A stretch of 64,000 nt of DNA from Octopus vulgaris (taxonomy: Eukaryota). Positions 29,381 to 43,761 of the stretch are shown here, piece after piece. The notes below the pieces were generated by a model. It made no database searches, was not told the DNA's origin, and saw only the letters and a list, made by a program, of their open reading frames with translations. A program made the translations under genes and the position numbers. Each line of letters starts with the position of its first letter. Position 1 is the stretch's first letter. The stretch covers positions 744,001-808,000 of the forward strand of contig OX597827.1 in NCBI GenBank assembly GCA_951406725.2, read 5' to 3'.

Positions 29381-30660
29381 TTCATATACACTCAACAGAT
29401 TAGACTGTCGGAAAATGAAAAAAACCTAGCATCGGGTTACAACAAGTAACATTAGATACCAAGACCCCTTCTAAGTATCCTAGCTGTCCCTTATAACACT
29501 TTTTTATGGAGCTGTATTAAACTGGGTTTCACGCCTATTTCCTCTAACCTCTGTTCAGATCTTTAGGGATAGCTCCCAATGTATCTATAACGACTGGGAT
29601 ACATTTTACTCGCACTTTCCATAGTCTCTGTAACTCAATAGCTAGATCCTGGTACTTTGCTATTTTTTCTATACTTCTCATATTAATTTTTTCATCATTT
29701 AGGACTTTAACGTCAATTATCTGGCGTTTTCTATTTTCTTTATCTACGACTGCCAAATCAGGACTTCTAGCTTTTATTACTCTCTCAGTCTGAATGTTGA
29801 AGTCCATAACATCTTATATTTCTTACTTTCTAGTACTTTACTAGATTCATGTTCATACCCTTTATCACTATGTTCAAATCCTAGCTTTCTACATACCTCT
29901 CACTGGATTACTCTCCCTAGATTGTCATGCCTTTTCTTGTATTCTTTCTGTGCTAGCATACTACATTCACTTACTATGCGAGTAACGCTTTCCTATTTTG
30001 ATTTGCAAAGTCTACATTGGGAATCTACTTGGTTTTTGTCAGTTTATCCAATTAGTCTTTAATGCTTGATCTTATGCAGCTACTAACAAACGTTCTGTCT
30101 CCCTCTTCAGCTTTCCTTTCTGCAACCATAACCATGTCTCAATACTACTATTTGCTGAAAATATCTTTAGGAATCTACCATTCAACACCTTCTCTTGCCA
30201 GTCAGATAATTTCTGTTCTTTTTTTCTGGTTTTTAACTTCGTTTGGGTTTTTGGTTTCCCTATGTCTTGCTGTGACTCTCGCAGCTTTTAATAAACTTTC
30301 TTCACTATTAAATACATAGGAGTCTATATCTAGTCTAGCTAACTCCACGCAGTCTTCTACTAATATTAATCCACTGCCACCTTCCTTTCAAGGCAGGTAT
30401 AATCTTGCTAGTCCTGCTCTTGGATGGAGTCCTCCATTCTTATTGAACTCCTCCCTAGTTTTTTCTGTCTAGCTTGCTAATTCAGTTTTTGTTCAGTCTA
30501 CAAAAGTTGCTGAGTATCTGAGTAATGATACTACTCATGTATTTACAGGCGTCACTAGATTCGGACCATTAGCTTCCTCACCCTTCTGATGTACTCCTTC
30601 TCAATTCTTGTTTTCACTTCTATAGTTGGTACTCAGTCAGATTTTAATACTCTTAGATAC
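29381..30660 (-). mobile_element. R4/Dong-type RLE non-LTR retrotransposon, 3' part
   Basis: HPRAGLARLYLP*KEGG, zinc-knuckle remnant CRLC...SEC..LAQKEYKKRHDN, RLE domain DFNIQTER..ARSPDL..IID..EKIAKYQDL. Confidence 0.9.
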
Positions 30661-30812
30661 TTATAACTCTCTCTCCCTTTCAATGATTTTAAAGTCTAAC
30701 CATCTGGTAATTGGATGCCTCCGATGTTGACAACCTGTTGTTGTTATTATTATTATTATGATTATTATTATTATGATTATTATTATTATTATTGTTATTG
30801 TTGTTGTTGTTG

Positions 30813-30883
<71 letters not shown>

Positions 30884-30884
30884 G

Positions 30885-31190
30885 AGTGAGAGAGCAATGC
30901 GTGCAATCAAAGTGACACAGGGGTAAAATATACGAAATCCAGTATACCTATTATGACTACCCGTCTGATAAGGGTACACCAGGCACATGCATCACAACCA
31001 CATATGCGCCACATAGTGATCTCATATAAAGATAAACAACACACAACATTGCAGGTGGGGCCCAGGTAGAATTTTCTTCAGGTCGAGTAACCCATTCCGC
31101 TCAAACGGTTCCTAAATAAGGGTTGTTCAATGATGAAGAACACCTATGTTTCCAAAGGCGAGTTATCCAAACCCCATAGAATTCCTCCCA
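30885..31190 (-). repeat. dispersed repeat with (TAA)n tail
   Basis: Non-simple segment abutting (ATT)n at 30743-30883; family assignment uncertain. Confidence 0.4.
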
Positions 31191-31197
31191 ACGCATG

Positions 31198-31536
<339 letters not shown>

Positions 31537-33130
31537 GTACACGAGTATACAAATGGTGCATCTGTGTTTTTAAACGAAAGTTTGCATCAGAGCCCTTCTA
31601 CATAAACAAAGAGTTGTTTCATAGATGTTGCATGTGTGTGCATGCGTGTGTGAAGTGCGAATATCTTTACACAGACCATATCTCTTCTATCAAGAATACC
31701 CTGTATTAAAAATTGCTCTACCACGAAAGAAACATCTGTTGTACTTGAATTTTAATGCATAAACACGGGTACTTTTGTGTGTGTGTGTGTGTGTGCGTGT
31801 GTGTGTGTGTGTGTGTGCGAATAAATATGCAAAGTATCACACTTTATTCATCATCAAATTATTGAATTAACACCTCCTATAACAATATCTTTAGCTCCAA
31901 CGCCACCACTGCCACCACTACAACCACCGCCGCCACCACCACTCCACCACTCCACCACGTCACCACCACTACTCCGCCACCACTGCTACCCTGCTACCAC
32001 CACTACTCCGCCACCGTCAACAACAGCACCTGCAACAACATTAGTGTTAAAAACAATAACTTTAGCAATAACAACAACTTATACAAAACACTTAGATTGC
32101 TACAATAGCGACACTCCCCCCACCATCTACATAACAAACACCACCACCACCACCACCACCACCACCACCACCACCACCACCACCACCACCACCTCGCCAT
32201 TACCTCCACCATCACCAACATCATCGACAACAAACGATTACCGATATCCCTCATCACCAACCCTACCATTGCTCCCACGACCTCCACATCCTACATTCCA
32301 ACCACCAGCACCACCAGCACCACCAGCACCACCACCACCGCCACCACCACCACTTCGATGTATGCAGCACAACACATTAAAACTATTAGTTCTCAATAGT
32401 GGTGATGAAGGTGTTGGTGTTAGTGGTAGTGACAGTGCTGGTGGTAGTGGTGGTGGTGGTGGTTGTAGTGGTAGTGGTAGTAGTGGTGGTGGTGGTGGTG
32501 GTTGTAGTGGTACTGGTAGTAGTGGTGGTGGTGGTGGTGGTGGTTTGAACGTGACAGAGTTGGAGTTGGAGTTCGTAGTGTTTGTAGTGGTATGTTGTTG
32601 TTGTTGATGTTGGTGTTAGTGGCGATGGTGATATTGGTGGAGTTAGAGCTAGTATTGTTGTTGTTGCTAGTAGTGGTGGTGGTGATGGTGTAGCGTGGCT
32701 GAGATTCGATCTTTGGCAGATACTTTATACAAGGATGCTCTCTTTTCTTACATCACCCTCTCCACCCTAAAATTATTGTCATACATACATACAGACTCAC
32801 ATACATTTACAGACATACATACATACATGCATGCGTACATACATACACATAATACACGTTCATACATACATACATACATACATGCACACACACACAACAT
32901 AGATGCATACATCTATATGTATATACATAAATACATCCAAACATATGCACATATATAACCATGTATAAACATATATACATATACATATGCATTCACAGAC
33001 ACAAGTAAACATGCACACACATGCACACACATACAAACCTTCATAGACAGATAGATGCATATATAGAAGTATACTTATGCACACACTCACACATACATAC
33101 ATTCCCAGAAATATAGACGTACATGCATAT

Positions 33131-33174
<44 letters not shown>

Positions 33175-33827
33175 ACACACACACGCATACGCATACGTAC
33201 AAATAAAACTGAATTTCAAGAGATTTCAATCCCTCCTCCCCCCACAACAGCATCATCATCATCATCAGCACCCGTCACTCACTGATCATTTCTTCTTCTG
33301 TTTCATCCTCTCCCTCTCCTTCTCTCCCTCTGTCCAACGCACTCACGCAATCATATGCACATGTCCGTACGTACATACATACATTCATACATACATACAC
33401 ACATGTATACATATATAAATACATACATACTTAACATACATACATAACATACATACATCTATATATATACGTACATACATACATAACACTCATACATACG
33501 TACACACACACTCACACATATGCCATGTACAACTTTGTATATCAAGCTATTTTTCATAAACACATCTGCTCAAAACAACACCCAAGCATTTGTATATATA
33601 CATACATGTGCAATCACACACACACGCACACACACACACGCACGCACACACACACGCACGCACACACACATACGCAATGATACACACGTACAAAGACATT
33701 CACGTAGTCACACACACACACAGCTATACACGTACAATTGTATGCAGAGACATGTTATAGAAGTGAAGTTTCAGGATTTTTATCATCGGCTTTTAAAATA
33801 GTCACTCACATCTACACACAGTAATAT

Positions 33828-33877
<50 letters not shown>

Positions 33878-34331
33878 ATACTTCTGCATGCACAAGTACA
33901 CATACATACCGCAAACACGCACACATGCGCGCACACTTACGCATGAATACATACAAACAAAAACACACACATGTGAAATGAAATTTTAACATTTATTGGC
34001 TTTTGAAACAGTTACATATATTAATGCATATAGATACGTACATACATACAGATACACACACGTATACACATACACACACGTATACACATACACACCTCAT
34101 GCATGCACAGTAAAAAGCACACACACACAAGCACACACACACACACATACACACACTCGCAGACACAAACTTCAAACGCATACACATACACACAAGCTAT
34201 TAAAGAAACGAAGTTTAAAACGTGGTAACAAATGGTTTTTTAAAGCACTTTCGGCTTCATACACAGAAACGCGTTTTCCTCGACATAAACTCATATAAAC
34301 GTAAATATTTACAAGCACGCACACACACACG

Positions 34332-34373
<42 letters not shown>

Positions 34374-34584
34374 CACACTCACACACACACACACACACAG
34401 ATATATATACAGTATATACATATATACGCCTCTGAACCGGGTCTTCCGGTCTGAGGATAACGCCCTAGGCGCTGCCTTGAAACCCCTAAAGAGAGAAGGG
34501 AGTGTCTGTATATACTCATATATAAATAAGTATATACATATAAACGCACGCACGCATGCACTCACGCACACACACACACACACG

Positions 34585-34638
<54 letters not shown>

Positions 34639-34717
34639 GTCAGGAGTTAAGGGCCGAAACACTTGCCTAAAGGGGGTTTCTCTTCTGAGGACCACCTGCT
34701 GTCCCCGAGTTTCTTTC

Positions 34718-34764
<47 letters not shown>

Positions 34765-35265
34765 CACGCACACACACACATATATATACTCACATGCACA
34801 CATATATACATATATACATATATAGATTTATATGCATGTATTATGCATACATATATACGCACATACACACAAATGAGAACCGAGATGACGTTCTCCCACA
34901 TCAACTGAAGAATCAGAATTTTTTCCAAACTGGATACGTAACGAACATCATAGGACCAAGGTGAGTGCTAACTGGTCATTCTTATTTGTTTCGTAGAGTG
35001 TGTGTGTGTGAGTGTGTGTGTGTGGGGGCATTCATGAGCGCCCTCCCCCCCCCACATTATCTTTTACTTGTTTCATTCATTGGACTGGTGCCATGCTGGG
35101 GCGACTTCTTGGAGGATTTTACAACAAATCGACTCCAGTACTTTGTATGTATGTATGTATGTATGTATGTATGTATGTATGTATGTATGTATGTATGTAT
35201 GTATGTGTGTACGTATGTGTGTATGTATGTGTGTATGTGTGTATGTATGTGTGTATGTATGTATG

Positions 35266-35303
<38 letters not shown>

Positions 35304-35741
35304 AATATATATATATACATATGTATGCACACACACACACCCACACACACATATATATATATACATACACACACATTTGAAGTCGGGTAATTAATTGTAT
35401 TGTTCAGTTTTGATGAATCGCTAAGTATATATATGTATATGTATGTGTGTGTGTTCTTGTAGAGTATAATGCATGTATATGTGTGCATATGTGTGCATGT
35501 GTGTTCATGTGTGTCTGTGTGTGTTCAAATGCATGTGTTTGCATGAAAGAGAATTCAAGAATCATAGATTGATGAACAAAACACCAAACTAAGAACCGGA
35601 AGAATCAACGTCGTAAGATGTACCCGTGTCTATGTCGCTGTCACTTCCTATTCGTTCAGTGTACCTACCCGTATGTGAGTACCATGGGGCAAGAAACCAA
35701 GCCGTACTCAATGATCCAAGACTGGAAGTGGGATGAGCATG

Positions 35742-35793
<52 letters not shown>

Positions 35794-35797
35794 GTTA

Positions 35798-35903
<106 letters not shown>

Positions 35904-36274
35904 CATTATTATTATTGTTATTATCATTATTATTATTGTTATTATTATTATTATTATTATTATGTCATTCCGCTGAGGATTATCTTAAGGATCCCTGATA
36001 GCTGTAGAATACTCAGCTATCCCCTACGCCTAAATTTAACGGGAGCGTTGTTAACTGACTGAGCAAGGTCAATGATCATCTTCGAAACCCCGAAGGAAGA
36101 TCTTTTACATATATTCATACATACAAGCATGCAAGCATACATGTATACATATATGCAAACATACGTATACGCATGCATACATATGTGCATATATACGTAC
36201 AGTCATTCGCATATACATTGAAAAATATATATATTCATGCATGTCCGTATTCTTTTGCTCTCTTATTCTTCTAT

Positions 36275-36670
36275 TCTTTTACTTGTTTCAGTCGTTTGAC
36301 TGCGGCCATGCTGGAGCACCGCCTTTAGTCGAGCAAATCGACACCCAGAACTTATTCTTTGTAAGCCTTGTACTTATTCTATCGGTCTCTTTTGCCGAAC
36401 CGCTAAGTTATGGGTACGTAAACAAACCAACATCTCTTGTCAAGCGATGTTGGGAGGACAAACACAGACATACAAACATATACAGATACATGCATATATA
36501 TATATATATATATATACGACGGGCTTCTTTCAGTTTCCGTCTACCAAATCCACTCACAAGTCTTTGGTCGGCTCGAGACTATAGTAGAAGATACTTGACC
36601 AAGGTGCCACGCAGTGGGACTGAACCCATAACCATGTGGTTGGTAAGCAAGCTTCTTACCACGTAGCCAA
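36275..36670 (-). mobile_element. SINE family A, full length
   Basis: Highly similar to the reverse complement of 37778-38215. Confidence 0.9.
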
Positions 36671-36765
36671 ACAAAACATTTACACGTGGTATACGCTAGA
36701 ATATTTATGACAGAGAGTAGTGAGATGGCAGTAACTCACTTCTATACTTACGAGTGAATATATGT

Positions 36766-36796
<31 letters not shown>

Positions 36797-37079
36797 CACA
36801 AACACGCACACGCGCATATACATACCCAATCACATAAACATATTCTCAAACGCGCAAACACCCAATTATTTATCCATCATTTTGTTCACCCTTCATTGGT
36901 TCCGTTATACCATATTCGCCAATGTACAACGGGCTTTTTTGTTTATGTTTAGATAGACCCTGAAAACTTAATCTGCGTCAAATGTGGCCATATAACAGAT
37001 AGGAGACCGAGTGCCGTATGCTAGTGAGCCGGATAAGCATAAGTCCATTAAGTACAATAGTTGTTACTAATAATTAAAT

Positions 37080-37290
37080 ATTCGATTCAAATTTTGCCAC
37101 AAGGCAAGCAATTCCGAGTGAGAGGTTCAGGCGACTACAGCGACCTCTGTGTCCAAATAGTATTTATTTTATCGACTACAGAAGGATGAAAGGCAAAGTT
37201 GACCTCAGCGGGATTTGAACTCGGAACGTCCGAAATGCAGCTAAGCGTTTGCCCCTGCGTGCCAAAGATTCTGCCAGCTGGCCACCTTCA
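37080..37290 (-). mobile_element. SINE family B
   Basis: ggatgaaaggcaaagttgacctcagcgggatttgaactc...ctgccagct. Confidence 0.75.
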
Positions 37291-37777
37291 CTAATAATTA
37301 AATACTGAAAAACAAGTCAAACTATCACAGTCCATTAGAACAAACTTATGAAAATTTGCTTAAGGTACGGCATTTATGTGGGGAGTTTTCATCATCTCTT
37401 TATAACCCCTTCCCTAGCTTTATGTAACCCACACCTGATGTGTGTCTTACATTATTCAATGGCTGTGTTACCTTTGAGAAACATTTTTTACTGTTTGAAT
37501 GAAAACTTCTCCTACAAAGTTGAATGTTAAACTTCCATCCATTTGTCATCTTTTGGATGACAACAAAGCTATAGCGATGGCGCAGCATGCAGGTGGTTGA
37601 TTGCGTTTGCATAAGACATCACAAGTAAAAATACGAGTTTTACATCCTGTTTGATAATTCTATTGACCAAAGTAATATAAACAAATATTTCTGATGATTT
37701 GAAAGAAGATAATGTCGTAGAGATACGTTACTACCCTAAAATAGTTTATATATCCTTAAAATAGTTTATAAATCCAT

Positions 37778-37916
37778 AGGCGCAGGATTACGAACCACAT
37801 GGTTCCGGGTTCAGTCCCACTGTGTGGCACCTTGAGCAAGTGTCTTCTACTATAGCCTCGGGCCGACCAAAGCCTTGTGAGTGGATTTGGTAGACAGAAA
37901 CTGAAAGAAGCCTGTC

Positions 37917-38006
<90 letters not shown>

Positions 38007-38215
38007 TTGTGTGTCTGTGCTTGTCCCTCAACATCACTTGATAACCGATGCTGGTGTGTTTACGTCCCCGTAACTTAGCGGTTCGGCAAAAGAGACTGAT
38101 AGAATAAGTACTAGGCTTACAAAGAATAAGTCCTGGGGTCGATTTGCTCGACTAAAGGCGGTGTTCCAGCATGGCCACAGTCACATGACTGAAACTAGTA
38201 AAAGAGTAAAGAGAG
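37778..38215 (+). mobile_element. SINE family A, near full length
   Basis: B-box-like ggttcagtccc head, core caccttgagcaagtgtctt, internal (TA)n(TG)n, tail gtaaaagag. Confidence 0.9.
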
Positions 38216-38354
38216 TATATGATAGATTTACAGTTTCCTTCTTCATCCCAGCATCCCATGTCAATAACATTGCATTTCGATGCCCAGAATCACGCGTTTT
38301 CCCGTCCAAAACTACTTTAAAATACCTTTCAGTAAGTGTATCTTTTATCTTTTA

Positions 38355-38755
38355 ACGTTTACTTGTTTCAGTCATTAGACTGCGGCCATACTGGGGCACC
38401 GCCTTGAGGAATTTTAGTCGCACTAATCGACCCCACTACTTATTTTCTTTTTTAAGTTTGGTACTTATTCTGTCAGTCTCTTTGGTCGAATCGCTAAGTT
38501 ACGGGGATGTAAACACAGTAATACCGGTTGTCAAGTGGTGGTGGGGGAGAAACACAGTCACGACGTACAAACACAGAGAAAAAGACACACACACACACAC
38601 ATACACACGCGTATATGATGGGCTTCTTTCAGTTTCCGTCTACCAAATCCGCTCACAAGGCATTGGTCGGATCGAGGCTATAGTAGAACACATTTACAAA
38701 AAGTGTCACCTAGTCAGAGTGTATTCGAGACCAAATGGTTGGGAAGCCTTGCCTG
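38355..38755 (-). mobile_element. SINE family A
   Basis: Same motifs, more diverged. Confidence 0.8.
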
Positions 38756-39156
38756 ATCCTATAATATCATGAAACACATTAAATTTGTTTTTTCTATAAA
38801 GTAACTTTGTGAAATAGGGATTCGTCAAATGCAAGGGTCTCTCTTATACACTGGTTAATACAATAATTAACATTTTCAAACCCAGTCAGCTGAAAACTAT
38901 TCCTGGTCCCATAATAACAGTTACTCACCTAAAATTGTTCTTAATCGAGCAAAAATTGTTGAATCTCCATATTGATGGTGAATCTGCTTGAAAATACTAA
39001 ATAGAACTGATGGTCATGCTTGGAACACCTTAGATTAGCGGTTCCCAAACGGTTTGCTTTTACCCACGGCACATATTAGAGCAAATACACTTTGAAAAAA
39101 TTCTAGTAAATTTTGTATCAATTCAAAAAATGTAGTCAATAAAAGGCACGGGCATA

Positions 39157-39280
<124 letters not shown>

Positions 39281-39305
39281 GCCTGCCTGCCTGCCTGCCT
39301 GCCTA

Positions 39306-39338
<33 letters not shown>

Positions 39339-39358
39339 GTGTTTTCGTGTGTGCGTGC

Positions 39359-39421
<63 letters not shown>

Positions 39422-40098
39422 TGTATGTATATAATAACTTTTGAATGATGAGGTAACGTATTTCACTCATAAAAATATTAGTTAAATTAACTTCAATCGT
39501 GTTTGTTTTGTTTTGGAGAGATTTCTATAAAGCTTCAACTGTCATTGTAGAAGTATCTATGGAAGACTGGTAGGATTATTATTTGTATGGACCTAAAGAT
39601 TGCATTTTAGCATATAGTTTAGCTATTGCAGTTTACTATTAATACCGATACAATGTATATTGGTTTATATGTTTCTTTGTTGTTGTTTTATTAAAGTTAG
39701 TGTTTAATCCTGCCTATAAATTGATTTATTGAAATAATGTGCTTATTAAGCTTTTACGTTTATATTATACTACGGAAGACGGTAGGGATCATAATTATTG
39801 TATGACTTAATAAATTGTCGCTGTTTAGTTACGTATTTAGGAGTTGGTTGTAATTTATTAAATTTGTTTATCGATTCGGTTGTACATAGGGTAAATGGGT
39901 TTGAAAGGTGTGCTTCCTTTGGTTTGTTTGTTTCCAAACAACACTTCTTTTAGTGCTGTTGACACCTCTGGATTGAATGGTACTACCCAGGTGTCGAAAC
40001 CATAGTGATATCCGTGGGGCACCTGATGATGGAGGTGTGTTGGATTGTTGGTATGGCTGTGGAATAATATTATAACACATCCTTTGTATGTATGTATG

Positions 40099-40159
<61 letters not shown>

Positions 40160-40328
40160 ATACACGCATATATATTTACAACTATATATATAAGTATATA
40201 GTTAGTGTTCAATAAATCATGATATGAACCTGGTAGTTTGCCGGTAAAGCACGTTCACTGACTTCGTGTTCGTTGGGTATATAATTAATGAGAGAGACGG
40301 AAGATGGAAGATACGAGAATCTTTATTG

Positions 40329-40431
40329 ATTACTACAATCGTTTCTCATCTAGCATCGATCCCTCGCGAGTGGAATACTATGCGACTAGTTTAAGTGTAC
40401 CCCTCGGAGTAGATGTGTCTCCTCAGGTTAT
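40329..40431 (-). ncRNA. degenerate hammerhead ribozyme with long helix II
   Basis: Minus strand ataac-CTGAGGA..catcta...tagatg-a-GAAAC-gatt-GTA^gtaat, then AATAAA. Confidence 0.55.
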
Positions 40432-40769
40432 TTCAAGTGGTATCTCGTTAAGATAAACTCCGTTTCGTAAACTTATTTCTGTATGTTTTGTACTTGGTCT
40501 TCGGGTATAGAAATGGAAAATTAAGGATGTACCACCCCTCTCGTTTTCTCGCTCACTCTTTCTATCTGTATGTGCATATTTATGTGCGTGTGTGCTTTTG
40601 CCTCCAGTGCCAAAAAGTACTGTCGCCAATACTGGTTGAATGTTAAGTCATCCGAGCCAAAACATCGGCGTCGAATCAGCCACGTCCATTCGTTTCATTC
40701 TGCTCAACTTGACCCTGGTCTCGATACCATTCTTAGGCATCAATTAGGGACCTTGCTGAGATACGGTTG

Positions 40770-41025
40770 AGGCTCTGTGATCCAATTTGAAATCTCTTAT
40801 AAAAGCAATACAGTTGGACTGGCCAAATTTCTTGAAAGGTCTAACGACTGGATGCTAAAACACGTTGAAAACTACGAGAGACGTAGGAAGCGTTATTCTG
40901 TCATGAAGGAGGCCAAAAAATTTGCTAGTGAGTTCCTGCGTAATACCCAGGTTGAACAGCGTGATGGAAGTGCCGCAACTGTTGTTGCAAAGAAGGTGAA
41001 ATCAATGGCAAAGCATCTTTCCTGA
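40770..41025 (+). mobile_element. R4/Dong-type LINE fragment (post-RT region)
   Basis: IQFEISYKSNTVGLAKFLERSNDWMLKHV...YSVMKEAKKF. Confidence 0.6.
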
Positions 41026-41929
41026 AGCTGATTCCGCATTATGCACCTACAGCAATATTAATTTTGGTTTTGGCAGCCATTATTGCTGAAACAACTCAGT
41101 CAACTGCGTTGGGACTGTTTCGAGTTTATTTCTGTGTCTATTGTGAAAGTAATGTCAAATCTAAGAAAAGAGAAAAAAAAAAAGAAAAAGAAGAAAAAGA
41201 AAATAATGAAAAGCTTGTTGTGGTTTGCAGCACCAAGGAATTCCAATATGAATTCATTCTGGGTAGTTTCTTGCACCTTTCAATACTAAATCCATGGCCA
41301 TCACACACTCACGCGCGCACAGACACGCACACACACACAGAGGCACACACACAGAGGCACACACACACACAGAGGCACACCACACACATACAAATAGTAT
41401 TGCGGTTGTTACTATCAATTTCTTCAACATAATCAACATAGCCAGCCTTCTCGTCGTCGTCATCATCATCATCACAATCATTATCCCCATCATTAACATC
41501 ACATCCATCCTCCTCGTTATAATTACTCTCAGCTGCAACAGCATCATCACTGTCATCATCGTCGTCGTTTTTGGCATCATCATCATCATCATCGACGTCG
41601 TCGTCGTCGTAACCATGATCATGGCGGTCATTATAGTTTACCTCGATCATTATTCAAATGCAGATGACTATCGTTTCATAAACATCCCCTTCTGCCTCAC
41701 CATCTTCTTCTTCTCCTCCTCCTCCTTCACCTTTCCTCCTCCTCCTCTCCTTCTCCATCTCAACCCCTTCGTCGTCAGACTTTCATTAATAATTAAATAA
41801 GAATAATCAAAACATCGTTCTTTGTATTCTACATAATAATCTCATCTTGGAATACTTACCGACCGAGACTCGGGTGGTATGTTCAGGTCTACCCACCTCC
41901 TCTGCCTCTACCATCATACTTTATAGGTT

Positions 41930-42270
41930 CTAGCACGGCCGTCTGTTTAAACAGTTAGATTCGTGGTTCGTCTCCACTATGTGATGTCTTGTGTAAGTAC
42001 CTATCATCGTAACATAAAGTCGAGCTGTGCCCTGGGGGTGAGTTTGGGAGACGAAAACTGCCAGGAATCGATCTAGGGGTGCTGTATTCGTAAATCTAAA
42101 GGTTTAGCCTCGCCTCTTCATATATTGTGGTACAAGGATTTTTGCATGAGAATATTTATGTTAAGGATACTTGTGTCTGTGGTATACCCAGCCACTTATA
42201 CGAGCATACAATGAGTAGATCGTTCTACTGATTGATCAACTGGAATGCTCATCGCCGAAATCGACGGAGA
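41930..42270 (+). mobile_element. degenerate SINE; 3' part shared with 45775-45935 (-)
   Basis: Tail ...cgaaatcgacggag matches the reverse complement of ttccgtcggtttcg. Confidence 0.45.
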
Positions 42271-42446
42271 TTCATTTAATCTCTGCTAATTCTGCTGCTA
42301 TATTACTGATTCGTATGGCATGTATGTGTGTGTGTGTAAGTATAGAGATTGTATGATACTGTGTTCGAGAGACATATAAAAAACAACAACGCGAGGATGT
42401 GGTACAAGCAAAGTATTAATAAGACGCTCAGGGAAGGAAAGAAAGA

Positions 42447-42483
42447 GTGTTTTACGTTTCGAGCAAAGCTCTTCTTCAGACAC
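42447..42483 (-). ncRNA. minimal hammerhead motif in a short Penelope-like repeat (42360-42550)
   Basis: Minus strand gtgt-CTGAAGA-a-gagc-ttt-gctc-GAAAC-GTA^aaacac; related pieces at 53040-53168 and 59450-59560. Confidence 0.6.
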
Positions 42484-42804
42484 AGGAGACAGAAGATAGT
42501 CCAAGAGAAAAGGAAGAAGGAGGAAAAATATTGCCAACAATCCATGCGTAGTTACACACACACACAAACACACACATATATATACATACACATATATACA
42601 ATATATACACACATACGTATACATGGAAGTTTATATATATATATATATATATATGAAGAAATGCATAGTAAATAAATAACGACAGATAAAAAGTGTATGC
42701 GTACACAACCGGACGGGAGGCAGACGCTGAGGGTCATATATATATATATATATATATACGCACACACATACACACATACATACATACATACATACATACA
42801 TACA

Positions 42805-42836
<32 letters not shown>

Positions 42837-43066
42837 CATATGTGTGTATATACATTCATACGTATAATTACATATATTTAAAAGATTGGTAGAAAGATAC
42901 ATATTCACACACACACACACACACACGAACATGCACACCTGTATATGTGTATGTGCGTGTGCACATAGATAAATACATACATACGCATACATGCAAAAAC
43001 GCAAACACATACATGTACTCAGTGATACAAACACACACGCATAACACACACACAGACACACACACG

Positions 43067-43136
<70 letters not shown>

Positions 43137-43718
43137 GTATTTACCGAATCTCTGCCTGCATATTCCATCTTAATGATCAGTGTAATTAATTACATTATGC
43201 ATTCTAATTAATTAAACTTTAATTACAGCTATTTAATCTATACGACTGCACGCTGTCACAGCATGGTATGACGTGTTGGTCAGTGGAATCACTTAACGAA
43301 ATCCCACTCATTGATACAACAACGCTGGACAGCTGAATTCTGCTTCAGCCACCGACACCAGCCTCTGCGATACCTTCACAAACTCTGCTTGATAAGACTT
43401 GTTAATCACGTCCGCCATGCTAATTCTATTTACTCTCCATGATAGCGTTATCGTCATCTTTGTTGATGTTGTTGTTGTTGTTGCTTTTTTTATAGTAGTT
43501 CTTGTAGTTGTAGTTGCTGTCGTTGCCGTAGTAGTTGTAGTAGTAGTGGTAGTAGTAGTAGTAGTAGTCTTTGATGTTTTGTCGTTATTGTTGTTGCTAT
43601 TTATGTTGAGGCCATTGCTGTTGGTTGATGCTTTGTTATAATAGCAGCCTCAGGAGCAGCAGCAGCAGCATTAGTAATAGTAGCAGCCCCAACAACAGTA
43701 GCTGTAGTAGTAGTAGTG

Positions 43719-43761
<43 letters not shown>

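Noticed and set aside
36706-36745. miR-71-like gtagtgagatg hairpin
   Set aside because: Seed absent and stem too short
39559-39580. miR-7-like tggaagact
   Set aside because: Part of a local direct repeat (second copy near 39771); no precursor hairpin
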